A stretch of DNA of 64,000 nucleotides from Hydrolagus colliei (GCA_035084275.1 CM068755.1:12462001-12526000); one strand, 5' to 3'. Counted from the first letter of the stretch, positions 1 to 13,874 are shown. Translations and numbers: made by a program. Notes: generated by a model not told the origin, from the letters alone.

Positions 1-33
1 TGCTAATTCTGAGTGAAGTCAGAGCTGCTATGT

Positions 34-50
34 ACACACACACACACACA
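34..50. repeat. (AC)n microsatellite
   Basis: acacacacacacacaca seen directly. Confidence 0.9.
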
Positions 51-315
51 TATTTTTCTGTTCTCCGCTATATGTCAGATGGCTGGGCACCGAAACAGCC
101 GGTTAAAATGAAAATGACAGTTTAAAATGCTGTAGTAAGTCACCGTTTAATGTTACTTCAGTTAAATCCAATGAAATATCACAAATGATTATGTGGAATT
201 GCGTTCAAGTGTACATTACTGAAAAGTTTGTTGGATGTTATTATGAACAGCTAATACATTAAGCACTAATTAACTCTAGCACAGACCTTCAGGTGTTGAG
301 AAAATTAAAATAAAC

Positions 316-396
316 CTGTACAGTTGCACTAAGTCTATTTGAATATCCTTCTGCTCCCACTTTGCACCATTAGTACCTTCAAATATATCTACAGAG
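316..396 (-). CDS. Internal coding exon (81 nt, phase 2-2) of an unidentified gene: SVDIFEGTNGAKWEQKDIQIDLVQLY(R)
   Basis: On the minus strand: pyrimidine tract attcttttctctttgtatagtag, open frame, then CAG|gtttat donor. Length is a multiple of 3 and the phase matches the donor of exon 14339-14558. An alternative acceptor gives 316-399. Confidence 0.75.
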
Positions 397-1724
397 CTAC
401 TATACAAAGAGAAAAGAATTGAGACAGCGTGACGGTAGATTAATAGCAATCCAGCTCCTTCAGCACGTTCCGAAGGTACCAAGAAACTATGGATTCAGAT
501 ATTTCAGTGAAAAATATGGGAATGATACACAATTAATAAATAAAAACCAATTTTTTTTAAAAAGCAAGGTTTAAATTATGTGCACACAGTGTTTATTAAC
601 CCACGTGTTCACTATTCACGATTTACATAAACCAAATCTGAGCATTAATTTTTTGAATATTAAAAACATTTCAACATGTATGTGTGAGCTAATAGCTTGT
701 GTTAATGAGATTTTCAGTTAAAGTTAATATGTATTCAGCCGTAAATTTATTCTCTTACACTCCGGGGTTTGATAATACGAAGGATACAATATAGATAGCA
801 CTTTGCTCAGCAGAAAGAATACATTCATAATCTAAGTATTTAGCATATTTAATGGTAAAACTGTTGTCAAGAAAAGCTGCACCAGGTAGGATGTAACATA
901 TAAAATATGAAATGTGATTTGTTTTTATGTGTACGTCATTCTACATCTCCGCAAAGAAAATTAATGATTTAGAAAATTTAAATGCAGTGGTTTTATTAAA
1001 ATAACTTGTGTTCAGGATACTGCAGTACCCATTATTGTAACTCTCAAACAAATACGACAAATTACGACTAAACATACGACAAAAAGCATTGAACCTCGCC
1101 TATCTGTTTTTACTGTTTTCTGAAGATTTCCAGAGCAAATTCTTAATTTATCAACTATGATTTCTAAAGGTAAAATATAGACAAAATTCATTTGATTTAG
1201 TTTATCCAAGTTAGGAATATTTAAACCTAACTATCTTAAAGGTATGTTTGCCTCCTCTCTTTAGACTCATCCCATTGTGTGTTTCAGTCTTCACTAACTT
1301 CAGTAACATAATAATATGGGCACAAGCCAATTGCTTATTAAAGCGGGTAATAATCCCACAATAATATGATAATAGGCAAAATTTGTAGAAATTGGTTAAA
1401 AAAAGCTAGAATTCCATATGAAAAATTATTTACAGATAAAAGTTGCAACAACACTAAAGTTATTGATCATTTGACATGAAAACATAGAATTAATTAATGC
1501 AGCATCTTAAAAAAGGGCTGTTATAATGTACAAGGTTAGAGCTTCCATAATCAAAGGATAAACTATATGAAATACTAACAGTACCACATAATATGTCTGT
1601 CACTGAATTACAATGGGTCTTACTGCATCTACAGCTGAAATAGCTGGAAAAATATACATGTTTTATTAGTCATTTGCAACACTATAATATATAGATGTGA
1701 GTTTCTGTACGTTTGTAACGTTGT

Positions 1725-1833
1725 ATTTGCTTGCCCACAAATTACACAGTCACTACACTTTACAGTACGAGTATTCTGAAATGTCTTCCCAAAGTGAAAG
1801 GCTCCATGTCAAATGCGAGGATTATTTATTATT
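1725..1833 (+). mobile_element. SINE 3' tail fragment (L2-type tail)
   Basis: gcccacaa...cactttacagta...gtgaaaggctccatgtcaaatgcgaggattatt matches the tail repeated many times in the window. Confidence 0.7.
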
Positions 1834-2639
1834 TTGCTGAACGCAAATTCAGAGCCCAAATTACCTCGCTTTATATTAGATAAATTCCTCAATTGTTGAA
1901 TGCCATCTACAGCTTTCAAACTATCGAGGTTGTCGAATATGCTTATTTTGTTCATTGGGCATCGAACAATTTCTGTAAATTTCCAAAGCTGAATGCTAAA
2001 GCAAATGGAGACGGAGCAAATTGCTCGAAATAAAACTAGAAGCTGTCGTGGCTTTAGAAGTTTGATATATTGTTGTGAATATCCTTCTTTTAACTTCAGT
2101 AACCGAACAATGGTTAAGAAGCTAATAGGGCCAATGGACAATTTTTATAACTTATGAAAATACTATTTAGCAGTAAGCCACAAAACAAACACAATTGTAC
2201 AGCACCTGTCAGACAATAGCCAGTTCCTTAATTGCCAACATTGCAAAAATATTCGTCAAAAGTAAAGTAGAACTTTTTTAAAAACAAAATCAATTCAATG
2301 TATCACCAAAAATGAAGTATAAATGGCAACAGATTAAGGCTGTAATTTAGGCTTTGGTGCTACTTGTGCGCAGAAGCCACACAAGCTTCACTTTTGCAGT
2401 TTACGATGTCAGAGTTGCTGGATTGAATTACAACCTTGTTAGTCATTCTGACAGACATCTACAATTATGTAATGCGCTATTTTCTTTAAATTATTTTGAT
2501 ACAATGTCAAATTTATTCACATTGAGGCAGAAGACAGGAACGTGGTAATGCAAGCTGTCAATATCCTATTGAAATTGCCTAAAGTTGCACTTTAAAAAAA
2601 AATACAATTTTCAAATATAAGACTCATTTTTCTGTCAGA

Positions 2640-4150
2640 AAGCAAATAGCTGCATTTTTCTGGGTGCTGGGTAGATGGCACTATAGCCATAGTGGAAATC
2701 AGGCTGTCATCCCTCTGGGTTTTATTCCTATTATATGCTTGTAAATTAACCTGTCAATTTATCAATCAACACCATCTTGATTTTTTTCATCTACTGTAGC
2801 AGTCGAAGTGAATTTGCCTCGTAAATAACTGGGAGCCTGTGTTTGTTAGTATTGTGAATGAGTTTATTATCACTTTGATGACTGCTATGAATCACAAATG
2901 CTGCCGGGAGGCTGATAAGGAAGCATGAGTTAACAGGGTTTAAGCCATTTTAGATGAAGGGGATAACCATGCATGCAAATAACATAAATTAAAAAAGGGC
3001 ATGCGTATCCTTATGTTAGGAAACATCTTCCAGAGCTAAACAGTAGTGGTGAGATGCACAAATTTTTTATTTAAAAAAAGAGCATGTCTATTTTCAACAT
3101 GTGTGGCCATTTGTATGAATTCAGTGTTATGAAACTTAGAAGGGTCTTACAAATTCCCTTTAATCTGCAAAGTAGAGAAGTAAAACTCTTGTCTTTTTTT
3201 CCATATTGCATTTTTTTTTAAAAATTAAAAATCATTCGACCAACTGTGGACCCAACATTAAACTTCATTATTTCATCTAAAAACGTCCACTAAGTAATAA
3301 TCTGGAAGCACCCCCATGGCAAAATGAGAAGGAGGGACCTCAATTGCCCTGATTCATTCTGCCTTTCATTTTTAAGTCTGTTCATTTTCTCCCAGTTCAC
3401 ATTATTAGCCTACACATGAGTGCATAATAAAAAAAAGTGGTGTGAGATAGGCTTGCCTCAATAGCTGAAAAGCATTTCATTCCACTTGTTGTTATTTGCA
3501 AATGGTGTATTGTGAAACTGGTCGGTCCTTTTGCAGTGAGCTTGGCGGTTGGTCTTTTACTTGGAGGGGACAACAGCTGGTAATTAGTGTCAGCAAGCTT
3601 AGCCTTGCCTAACTATGTAAGCAGATTATTTCTAACTGGAAAAAATACTACAGCTGAGCTACTCAATGGACTATTTATGGTTATTAGTCCTGTTTTTAGC
3701 CCTGAAACGTAATTAACTGATTCATTTTCTTTCAGAGGTTTCTTAAGATTTGTTTTCTTGAGATGAGAGATGTGGGAGTTCTCACTCCAGTTGACGTTTT
3801 TGGTGGTCTGTAGTGGTGCATTTCACATGCTGGGCCCCATATTTTCATCTCTGCAAGGATGATTACCTTTTCTTATTAATTTTATTTCCCCTAGAAACAT
3901 CTGGGGAGCCCCAGAGCTGCCAATGGGTCGGGATTGTGGCTATATTGGCTGCAGCAGCCTTCTAAGAGAAAGAAATTGAAGGGTGGTAGCTGTTAAAGAT
4001 AATTTATGATTAACCTGTCAAGGAATTCATAGCTTGGTTGTTTGCCTCAGGAAAATAAACTAATGAGCAAAGGAGATATTTAAGATGTAATTAACAGCTG
4101 AAAGTCCTGTTTGCTTTAATGCTGGGTTAAATGCAGCTGAAGAGCAAAAG
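2640..4150. promoter_or_regulatory. Candidate conserved non-coding element/enhancer cluster
   Basis: No recognisable TE. Dense TAATTA, ATGCAAAT, TGTTTG, CTCGTAAA, GATAAG and CAGCTG motifs. Inferred from composition only. Confidence 0.4.
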
Positions 4151-5756
4151 TGGATAAGTTAGATACTTAAAGACTGAGTGAGAACAATGATAATTTTGGC
4201 AAATAAGTGTATGATATTTGTTTGTAAAGAGCTTATTATTTTTCAAAGTGTAAAATAATTTACTCCTTCCTGCTTTTGATAAACTAAGTCCATAAAGGTA
4301 TATTGTTAACCAATCTGAAATGATGAAGCAAATTATTTAATTCCACTCCCAATTTTAACGGAAAAGAAAGTTTGTTGGAAAAATTCCATCGTAAATTGTT
4401 TCATTTATAATTTCATGGTTAATATAAATCAGTTAATTCAGTTTTGTATGTCACACAATAAAATAATGGAGTTGATGGCATAAATAGTTTATTCTATGCA
4501 ACTTTTAATTGATTAAATAAACAGCTAGTTTGCTCTTACTTAAATGAATACAAACGATTTGGCTCAGTGTGGTTGTTAAACAAAACACTCTCAATTTCAC
4601 AATTAAAAATAAACTGCTGAAAGGATATATTGACCTGAGCTTTGAGAATTATCTTAAGCTATAATCATGAGCAATAAACTTATACAGCTTTACTTTTCAT
4701 ACTAAAGGGGAAAACAATTTTTCTCGCACCAACTATACTTTTAAAGATCTGGTGGAGGGAATTTTAAGAGTGCTTATGTTATTTTGGAAAAAAATAGCTA
4801 ATAGGGAGATTCAAATAATGTTCCAAATATAATATTGTTTTAGGGTTCTCTACATTTAATAGAAATATACATGGCAAGAACACCAACAGAGGTCAAAGGA
4901 GTGTGGTGTATAGATGTGATTTTTGATAGTTTTGATTGCAGCCTATGTAGGCCAACAAAAAGTGATACTGCAGTCTTAATACTATACACACTATTGGGGG
5001 AAACCATTTCAGTTCACACATTTAGACATTTGTCTTGGAGTCGGCCATATAATACACTTGTTCAACATGCTTGGAAGCAATAGGCAATTAAGGAGTTTGA
5101 AGGGGTGCTTTTCTGCCTGTGTGAAAGGTTTCAGGTGTGAAGGGCTTATTTTCAAGTGCACTGCAAATTTATAAAGCTTTCAGGGCCCCCTTGTTAGGGG
5201 GAGGGGGAATGGAAGGACGCTCAAGTGCAATTTTCTATTCAGTGTCTGAACACTGTGCACTGTTTCATGTGTGGCTGGTAACAAGGGCTACGGTAATGGC
5301 ACAGACAGCAGTATCCTTTGGCACAAAGACAGAGAGGAGAAAGCAATTACATTTTTTCAAAAAAAAGTATAAGCAAATGTGAGACAAGCACAACAAGCTG
5401 AAGAATTACTCAAAAAAATTACAACAGCCAGCCATAGGGCACCAAGCATCGAGACTTGCCGTCTCTGCTTACAGTCTTCGCTGTAGAAATCTTCTTTGTA
5501 ACAATTAATCATTATTTAAGGGCTGTTTCTATGGCAAAATGTGTTTTTAACATTTAGTTGTGATAAACTACTAGTACAAAGGAAGCTAATTCAGTGCTTA
5601 CAGAGCTGGGTGTGAATCTGCTTCACTTCAATGGTGTGGCCAACTGGCATGAGATGTCACATTTAGATTTCCCTCTCCAAATTGCAGCAAGGCAAAACTT
5701 AAATTCACAGTTGTGCATGTTCACAGAGCACAGAAATTAGGTGATGGTTTAACGGT

Positions 5757-6036
5757 CAGCCTGGCTAGGCTTGTAACACCCTCACTTCTGAGTCAGAAAG
5801 GCTGTGGGTTCAAACCCCACTTCGGGTCTTTGACTCACATAATCTCGGCTGACACTCTAATGCAGTGTTGGGGGATGAGCTGTATCGCGAGCTGTGTTGT
5901 CCTTCAGATGAGGTGTTAAAAATCTCATAAAAAAATTCAAATTTGGGGAGAAATGGAGTTTCTCCTCATGTCCTAGCCAATAACACCACAGATTAAATCG
6001 ATCATTTATTTCAGGGCTCTTAGTGGGACATTAGCT
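5757..6036 (+). mobile_element. Deu-domain tRNA-derived SINE, 5' part
   Basis: B-box gggttcaaacccc (5806-5818), then gctgacactctaatgcagtg...cagatgaggtgttaaa...gtgggacatt, the Deu-SINE-type core. Confidence 0.75.
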
Positions 6037-6724
6037 TCTAGGTACTCTACAAAATAATGTAAACCTCAATATTTGTTATTATTGATGGCCTTTAAATTGT
6101 AATACCAATAAACTCCTGATAACTTTTCACTCTAAGGGAAACATGCTTAATGATCAGTTATCTGGAATGGTGAGTTAGGCTTATGTATAAATACATAAAT
6201 AAATGTGCCCGGGATACTGACATCATGATGACTTTAGTGGTAGTTAAACAATTGACAAGTTAAATCAGGGTTGTGTTATCAGGAGTTTACTATATTCCTA
6301 GTAAATTCAATCCATTTCTGAATCATGGGAGCATTCAAGACATCCAACATTTTAAGCTGCCCATGATGAGCTCCACAAACAACAAATGTGTTACTCTTGA
6401 TCCTGGGAAAGGCCTATCATGTACCTCTATAAAGGATATTGATTTAGGCGACAATCCAAGTATCAAAAACTTCAATTGCCACCTGCTAATATAAACATCC
6501 AGAAACTGCCAGTTTCATAGTTCCCAGCTCTAATCTTTGCGGGCTCCACCTGCCTGATTTGCCGTCTTTTTTTATGGCCCACCTGCACTAAATGCACAGA
6601 ACACTGCAGTAACTCAATAGTTAGCTGATATAATTGAGCTCCAATTCCCAGTATCCCTAGAACTTCGACATGAAACTGGCTGAATATAGCTAGATCTTTT
6701 GATTCCTTTTTTCTTATAGAAACA

Positions 6725-6990
6725 CTTGCACTTCACAAACAATCTGTAAAGTGAAGTAGTGACTGTATTTTTATTCATTTTGAATATGCCATGGGTTCTT
6801 TAACATATGAGAAGCCAGAGAGGACCAGAGACATTGATGTAATGTTTCATCCAAAGGATGGTGCCTGTGACAATGTAGCACACTCCCAGCTTGCAGTGGT
6901 GTGTCACTGTGTGAGTTAAAAGTCCCAACGTGTGGCTTGAACCCACAACCTTCCGACGTGAAAGTGCTACCACCTGAGCTACGCTGACAT
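6725..6990 (-). mobile_element. Deu-domain tRNA-derived SINE (internally deleted)
   Basis: Reverse complement gives gtcagcgtagctcaggtggtagcact (A-box), gggttcaagccac (B-box), Deu core and a tail remnant. Confidence 0.75.
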
Positions 6991-7026
6991 TTGAACAGAC
7001 AGAGGCTTAAGTTAGTAAAATCATAG

Positions 7027-7978
7027 AAAACAACAAAATTATTTGTATAGCACGTTTCATGTCGGGAAAATGTCCCAATATGCTGGAGAGTCAATATTTC
7101 AGACCTGAGATGTGGTTGGGATCGGGGAGGGTGGAGGGAAGGGAGGGGAAGGAGCATGACCGAGGGGACGAGGTAGAGGGATTGAAGGACCAAAGTTTGG
7201 GGGCAAATTGGCTGAAGGCTCTCCCGCCAATGGTGGAGTAGGTGGGTTGGGGGACATGCAGCATGCCAGAGCCCGCTGAGCATGGGGAGTGGACAGATAG
7301 GGGGTTAGGAGATCACAGAGGTAGGATTGGGCAAGGCCACACAGGGCTTTGAAGGTGAGGGCCATGATCTTGAATTGAATCTTCTGAGTGATGGGAAGCC
7401 AGTGAAGTCAGTTGAGAATGGGGGTGATAAGGTCGGGGAGCTTTGTATGGAAAAGGACACAGTCTGCAGATTTCTGGATGATCTGTAGCCTATGGAGGGA
7501 GGAATTGGGTGTTGGCAAGCAAGGTATTGGCATTATCAAGCCTGGGTGTGATGAAGGCATGAATGAGAGTTTTAGAGGTCTGAGGGGGGGGTGAGGTAGT
7601 GGCAGAATCGGGAAATGTTACGGAGATGAGGGAAGGAAGAGCAGGTCACGGCATGGATGTGTGGGGAGAAAAGACAGTTGAGGATCGAACAAGACACTTA
7701 CATTCCTGACTTGAGGTGGAGGTGTACGCATCCGTGTAAGTTGATGCTACCAGTGCCCAAGGTGCGGAGGCACTGGAGCAAGCCAATCAAGAAAGCCTCG
7801 GTCTTGTTGGCATTCAACTGTAGAAAGTTATTTCTCATCCAAGATTTGCTGTCCGACAGGCAGTTTGTCAGGACAGCAGTGGTCCTGGAATTGAGCGTGG
7901 AGGCGGAAAGATAGAGTTGGGTGTCATATGAAAGTTGACCCCATGTCTGCGGTTGATGTCACCAAGGGGGAGCATATT
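7027..7978 (-). mobile_element. 5'-truncated L2-clade LINE with degraded RT/ORF2 C-terminus
   Basis: Minus-strand peptides MLPLGDINRRHGVNFH, DTQLYLS (YADD partly deleted), SWMRNNFLQLNANKTEAFLIG and LTFKALCGLAQSYLCDLL are L2 ORF2 motifs, followed by the 3' UTR and (TTG)n tail. Confidence 0.9.
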
Positions 7979-9094
7979 GCTTTCTATTGATACCATAGAT
8001 ATATATTGGGCACCGTAAACATTTTGTGTCACGTGTATCTTCTGAAGCAGCCTGAAAACATTCCAGTCCACTTGAAAAAAAACAATGGATCCATTAAAAA
8101 CTTCCAACATCTGGAAAGGAATGGAGGCAGGAGGAAGCTTAACTGTATTTGGTTTGATAATTGTCACATCTTTTATTGCATCTTGCAGATTCCACCCCCC
8201 ACCCCGCCACCTCCCCCACCACCACCCCTCCACTCTCTCTACCTTTAGCAGACATTTTGAGAATGGCGTTGCTGTTAAGGAACCAGACAAGATGAATTGA
8301 GTTTAAGAAAGCTGCAAAACTAATGCATCTGAATTTACTCTGGACACCCATGACTTATAGCTGTATGTTCTTTGTTTAAAAAAAAACGTAGTAAACAAAT
8401 GGTTTATTTAACTAATAAAACAGAGGCAATCAAGTCATCATAAATCACCAAAACTGCGATGTTTCCAAACAACATTTTAGCAGCGGATAAAACACTCTAA
8501 TAACAATAGATTGCTACAAGCTGCGGAATGTTCCAGAGGTGCGTTCCAGTTCCAGTGTGCTGCAATTGTATGTTTTAGGGTATAAATTGGGATTTCCGTG
8601 GACAATGAATTGACCGAATATAATGACTATTCTGCTGTGGGAGTGGGGGTGAGGGGCCGGGGATGGCAGAGGAGGGAGGGAAGCTTTCAGGTAAGTGGGG
8701 CCTCTTCACAGTTGAACTGAGTCCATGCTTAAGAACGGAATGTCATAATAAAGACTAATAAAGCCTGTGCTGGTCTCAGTAGTCTGGTTCTTGAGCCATA
8801 CAGTTTCAAAGAACTGATGACGAGAGACCAGCCAGCCTGGTTTGTCAGCTGGACTTGAAGGGTCAGCTTTGTTATGTGTGGGGGGGAGCATTCTTCCCTC
8901 TTGACTCCTGTTAATCTTGCAACCCTAAAACACTAATGGGTAGGGTGTTGCTAGGCGGACATGCAGTGGGAAACTGTGCTCTCAATGACAACGCTTTGCG
9001 GTTTCAGCTAGTTCAATTACTCAGAAAATGCAATAAATTAAGAAATAAATTCCTCAGATGATATTCAGAATTAGGAAGATCAATTCTATACATG

Positions 9095-9293
9095 TTGCTC
9101 AATGCAATGACCTGTAAGGTGGTAGAAACAAAGTCCATTGTGGTTTCAAGAGGGAATTAGCCAGGTACATGAAAGACAAAGGCTTGAAGGGATACGGGAT
9201 AGAGTGAGGCAGTGGAATTGAATGGACAGCTTGCTTTGAGAGCCAGTGCAGATTTGATGGGCTCCTCCTGCGCTGTAAATTTTTATGATTCTA
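9095..9293 (+). mobile_element. CR1 LINE 3' end
   Basis: ttcaagagggaattag (FKREL-type motif)...gatgggctcctcctgcgctgtaaatttttatgattcta, a CR1-type terminus. Confidence 0.7.
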
Positions 9294-10039
9294 AACAATA
9301 TGCACACTGGAAAGGGGGTAATCAGGCAAAGAGTTAAAAGCTGTTAGTTTTTGATTTTTTTGTGAACTTGCCGAGCAGACAAGTTTCTGTTGAGCTTAGC
9401 TTTGCACTGATTAAACTAATATAATCGATTAGAAATTGTTCTCGGCAGGAAATTAATCACCTAATTGTCTTGTCAAGCAGCCACCTGGTATGGTACAGAA
9501 ACTGCATCCAGTTGTTCAGATACTGTTCCATATAAGACTTCTTAATAATCACCAAAAAGCTTTTTGAACCTTTCTAGTTTATTAGAGTACAACGAACAGG
9601 AAACATAGAATGAGTTATCCTGTTAGTTGGCTGACTAATAAGATACTGTTGGTTCAGCGTACATTATTTCATTGCATTCCTTTGCAAAACAGGTAATGCA
9701 AATTTAACCAGCATGGTGCCATTAGTTTTTCTTGGACTATTAATTTATTAATCTGTCTGAAACCAACCAAATTAAGTTGGCTAATTGCTCACTAATGTTG
9801 TTTATTTATATCCTCTGTGCTATATTCCTTAGGATAAATTTAATGGGATCAATTGATTCTCCTGCGATTAATCCTTGCTTTCTTCCATGTTACAGGTGTT
9901 ACTGTTGTTTGCTCTTTTTCCTGTCCCCACCATATACTCATGGAATCAGCCAATGTTACTCTGCAAGTTAACATCAAGTGATTTGACATATTCGGGGTAA
10001 TGTTGGGGTAAATCTTATATACCTTCTCCTTAATCTTAC

Positions 10040-10107
10040 AATAATAATAATAATCCTTGCATTTGGTGCAGCCACCCCTATGAGAATGTCTCAAAGTGCC
10101 TCACAAA
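10040..10107 (-). mobile_element. SINE 3' tail fragment
   Basis: aataataataatccttgcatttg...gtctcaaagtgcctcaca. Confidence 0.7.
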
Positions 10108-10296
10108 CCTTTTTATTTGAAATGTAATGACTCATGTTAGGATTTTGCTTATACTGTACATAGTTAGCAAGTTATCCCAGCTCAAACCAGATCAAGATGG
10201 GAGAGAAAGTATAATATGAATTCCTATTTAGTCAGATAAATGAATACGTAATTTATTTGAAGTCATTCTAAGTTATTGGCCTGATTTCTTTGACGT

Positions 10297-10505
10297 AATA
10301 GTAATTCTTGCATTTGACATAGCGCCTCATCATGTTACCAAGATGTCTCAAAGTGCTTCACAAGATTTTATTGTGATTGTGTATTTGTGGGTGAATGCGG
10401 TAAACAATTTGCACAAAGCAATGTCCCACAAACAGCCATGAAGTGAATGACCTTTTTTTTCCCTCTCTATTTCTCTCTCTTGGGAATTGTTGCCCAGGAA
10501 ATCAG
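10297..10505 (-). mobile_element. SINE 3' half
   Basis: cttgcatttgacatagcgcctcatcatg...gcaatgtcccacaaacagccatg. Confidence 0.8.
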
Positions 10506-11442
10506 GAATGAGGCAACATATATTTCCAATTATTCACTGTAGATGGGTCGCTGCTCCAAGTGACTATGGTCAGTTTTGAAGGTGAATGAAAAGAATTTCA
10601 GAGGGCGGGAGGGGAGAAGTCAGTGTCACCATTAGGACACCTGAATGTTTTATTTGTTTGAAAAAATGGCAGATTAATGTCCATGTGTTCAGTTAATTAT
10701 TTTGATAATTAATAGTATATTCTGTCGCAAAGCAGTCTTTCAATAATTAGAAAACGTACAAGACAATTCTTTCAAGAATTGCCTAACACTTATGATTATA
10801 TTAAGTTAATTACATTAGAAACAAATGAAATATAAGAAAAAGGCTAACAAAATTATAAATATTCATTTTAATAGGTCACAGAATACTGTTAAAATCAACA
10901 TATTTGCAATTGCAACGTTACGCTGCATAATCCAAGCATTGAAAAATGTTGATGACTGCATCATTGTGCAGTAGATTTTGGAGACCGGGCCTGATTCCTT
11001 CCTTGAATTATAAAGCAAAGAAGGGTGCGGGTGTATTAAAATCTGCCAAATGACGAAATACAAAACTGACAGTAACATGGAGCGCAATAAACGGTGAAAT
11101 GTCAGTCATAACATGATCACAGGGATGTGACAAGTGGAGAGGAAATTTTAGGGGAGGGAAAATTATTATTACTTACTGTAATTGGCTTTTCAGCAAAAAT
11201 AGTATAAGCAGATGTTTATATTGCTCTCAAGAGTTCTGTATCCCTCACCTATACTCCCCTGTTCTCTTCTTTATCATGTATGCATCAGGTAGTGGTTTAT
11301 TGCATCTGGCTTTATTCAGAGGTGGTTCAACTAGTCTTCTCAGCAAAACAAATCTGCATTATCTGTGTGGGTATTGTGTATAGGAAGAAATAAACCAGGC
11401 TAGACGGACTTAAAACATGTTTATCTTGCTGAAATCCATATC

Positions 11443-11752
11443 ACCACCACCAACAACAACAAAATTACATTTGTGTAGCACCTTTTACGTCGGGAGGATG
11501 TCCCAAGGCTCTGGACAATCAGTGTTTCAGACCCGAGTTGGGATCGGGGAAGGTGGAGGGAAAGGAGGGAAATTGGGGAGACCAATGGAACCGTAGAAGA
11601 CGAGGATCTTGAGGCAGGACTTGAAGGAGGCTATGGAGGGGGTGAGGCGGAGGGATTGCGGGATGGAATTCCAGAGGTTGGGGGCAGAGTAGCTGAAGGC
11701 TCGCCCACCGATGGTGCAGTGGGTGGGTTGGGGGACATGGAGCAGGCTGGAG
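11443..11752 (-). mobile_element. L2 LINE 3' end
   Basis: (AAC)n aaaattacattt...acgtcgggaggatgtcccaagg; homologous to 7027-7270. Confidence 0.85.
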
Positions 11753-11931
11753 CAGAAACAATGGAAAATGCTATTATAGGAAGATTTGTTTACTCTGCCA
11801 AAAGTTTGAAAGCCAAGTTCATAAAATGTTGCCGAATATTATGACGTAGGTTCTATTCTGGAAGAGTCTTTAATCAGCAAACCAAGTGAACTCCAACGTC
11901 ACATCCCTCTCTGAAAATCTTGGTAGAGTAA

Positions 11932-12087
11932 TTATAACAATAATAACCCTTGCACTTCATATAATGGCTTTCACACTGGAGGTCTCAAAGCACTTCATGG
12001 TATTCACTGTAAAATTCAAGGACTCTGCATTTTTTGTGGGAAAACACAGCATTGATGCCCCACAAACAGCCATGAAATGAATGACCA
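11932..12087 (-). mobile_element. SINE 3' tail
   Basis: aataataacccttgcac...gtctcaaagcacttca...ccacaaacagccatgaa. Confidence 0.75.
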
Positions 12088-12099
12088 CAAAGCACAGCA

Positions 12100-12560
12100 A
12101 AGGTGGTGAAAGTGTAGAACATTAATGATAGTGAAGTCCTTCCAAAGAGATTAATCTTCCCGAGGTCATATATCATCAGCGTGTCAGGTATGAACGTAAA
12201 CAAATTGCCCGTGTTTATCTGTGTCTGGCTGTGTGGTTTACCAACCATTTACTTTCATCAGATTTTACTTAATAAATCGGGGGAAAGGACACATTGGGCA
12301 GATAATGATCCTTGCAAGCACCTACCTATAACTCTCTTTGCAGCTTTTGGATCCAGTGTGGCTCTATTTATCTCCACTGATTGGGACAGACACCCTTTTA
12401 GACTGAGTACATTGAAAGTAAAATAAATGGATGCCATTAAAACTAGTGATGCGTTGATCATTTGATTAAGTGATTAATAATTGCCAGGGTTTGTGATCGA
12501 TTAGATTTTTTAATCAAACAGACAGAGTCACTCGGCACTGAAAAGTTAAAATGGTTATTT
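12100..12560. promoter_or_regulatory. Candidate conserved enhancer
   Basis: TE-free, with GTAAACAA, TGTTTAT and repeated TGATTAA/TAATCA motifs; inference. Confidence 0.3.
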
Positions 12561-13556
12561 AAAATTGCAGTTATATATTTTGCCTCTAAAATATTTTAAC
12601 TTTACTGGTGATTAAACAAATAGATCCAAAGTAATTTTTGGAGATACAAAATATTTTGTTTGTCAAAACATAGATACCCAAACTCCAATACCATGCTATA
12701 ACTGGAAACCATAAAATGCCCAATGTTCCATAGATTTAACCGACATTGAAGATTACCACCAACACACAGATTAAAGATTTAAACACGTACAGATTTCTTA
12801 CTGAAGTCCCAGTTTATAAAATGAAATAAAGTTGAGAAGTTATAATAGACATTTGGTATTTTTATGTGTCTGAGAGTATTTCGAAATAGTTTAATAATAA
12901 AATCATCTGAAGGATATTGCAGTTTCACAAAATAATGTCAATATTAAGCAAATAAACCATAATATGAGATTCACTGTAATTTTCCTCATAAGCAAGCTAA
13001 ATTTCTATTGGAACTAAATTGAGGTGTCTTATGGAGAGTTAGTTGAAATTATGTAAACTTATCTTTCTAACAATTGAACATAATCTCCTGACCTGTATGA
13101 ATATCAGTCTGACTTACAACGCAGACGTGGTAAACGATGAAACCTTGTACCCCAGATGAAGCACATTTTAGGGAACTTTGGCTTTACATTTTGATGAAAG
13201 AATATATTTAAAAGGAAAAAGGCTATAATGGGGTCAAAAGGTAAAATGTGAACAGTTATGGGTGTCAAATGTCTGAGCAATATCTCAAATGTTCAACAGA
13301 GTCTCCAGAACCTGGGCTGATTGAGAGAATTGTCACAAGTGCCTTAATGTCTGAAAAGGTTTCCAAGGATGCTGATGTCTGGCACTGAAAGAAAGCTTAC
13401 TGCTCAAAAAGTAAATGCTCTTGAGCTAGGAAGGATTAATTCTAATAATGAATCTGAATGATGCTTTTATGGAAACATTATTGCTGTCAATGTGTTGAGT
13501 TAATCAATATACATAACATTGGCTAGGATGAAACGTGTATCAATATCAGTGATTAT

Positions 13557-13672
13557 AGTAATAATCCTTGCATTTGATATAGAGTAATACCTTATCAAGT
13601 CGAAACGTCTTGAAGCATCCTTCTGAAGAGGCACAGATGGGATCTCAGTTTGATGTCTCATACAAAGGATGA
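13557..13672 (-). mobile_element. Deu-SINE fragment (tail joined to core)
   Basis: ataatccttgcatttgatatag...cagatgggatctcagtttgatgtctcatacaaaggatg. Confidence 0.6.
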
Positions 13673-13874
13673 ATGCCTAGAATATAAGAACATGTATAGT
13701 ATGTTCATTTTATACATAGATATATATATTTATTGCATCAAAATAGAAACCATACCAAACATCAATTTCTCTGATTTCCTTTACTCTCAAGCATTTCATT
13801 TATTTTTATCATTTTGTTAAAAAATACTTTATTGACCAAAGACATTGCTTGACTGATATCTATCTTATGTTCAG

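Noticed and set aside
8190-8232. C-rich tract with G-quadruplex potential (also 30720-30770)
   Set aside because: Low-complexity sequence with no independent evidence of function
6771-8351. Long overlapping ORFs (170 aa, 140 aa and others)
   Set aside because: They derive from L2/SINE sequence and a C-rich low-complexity tract, not from host genes
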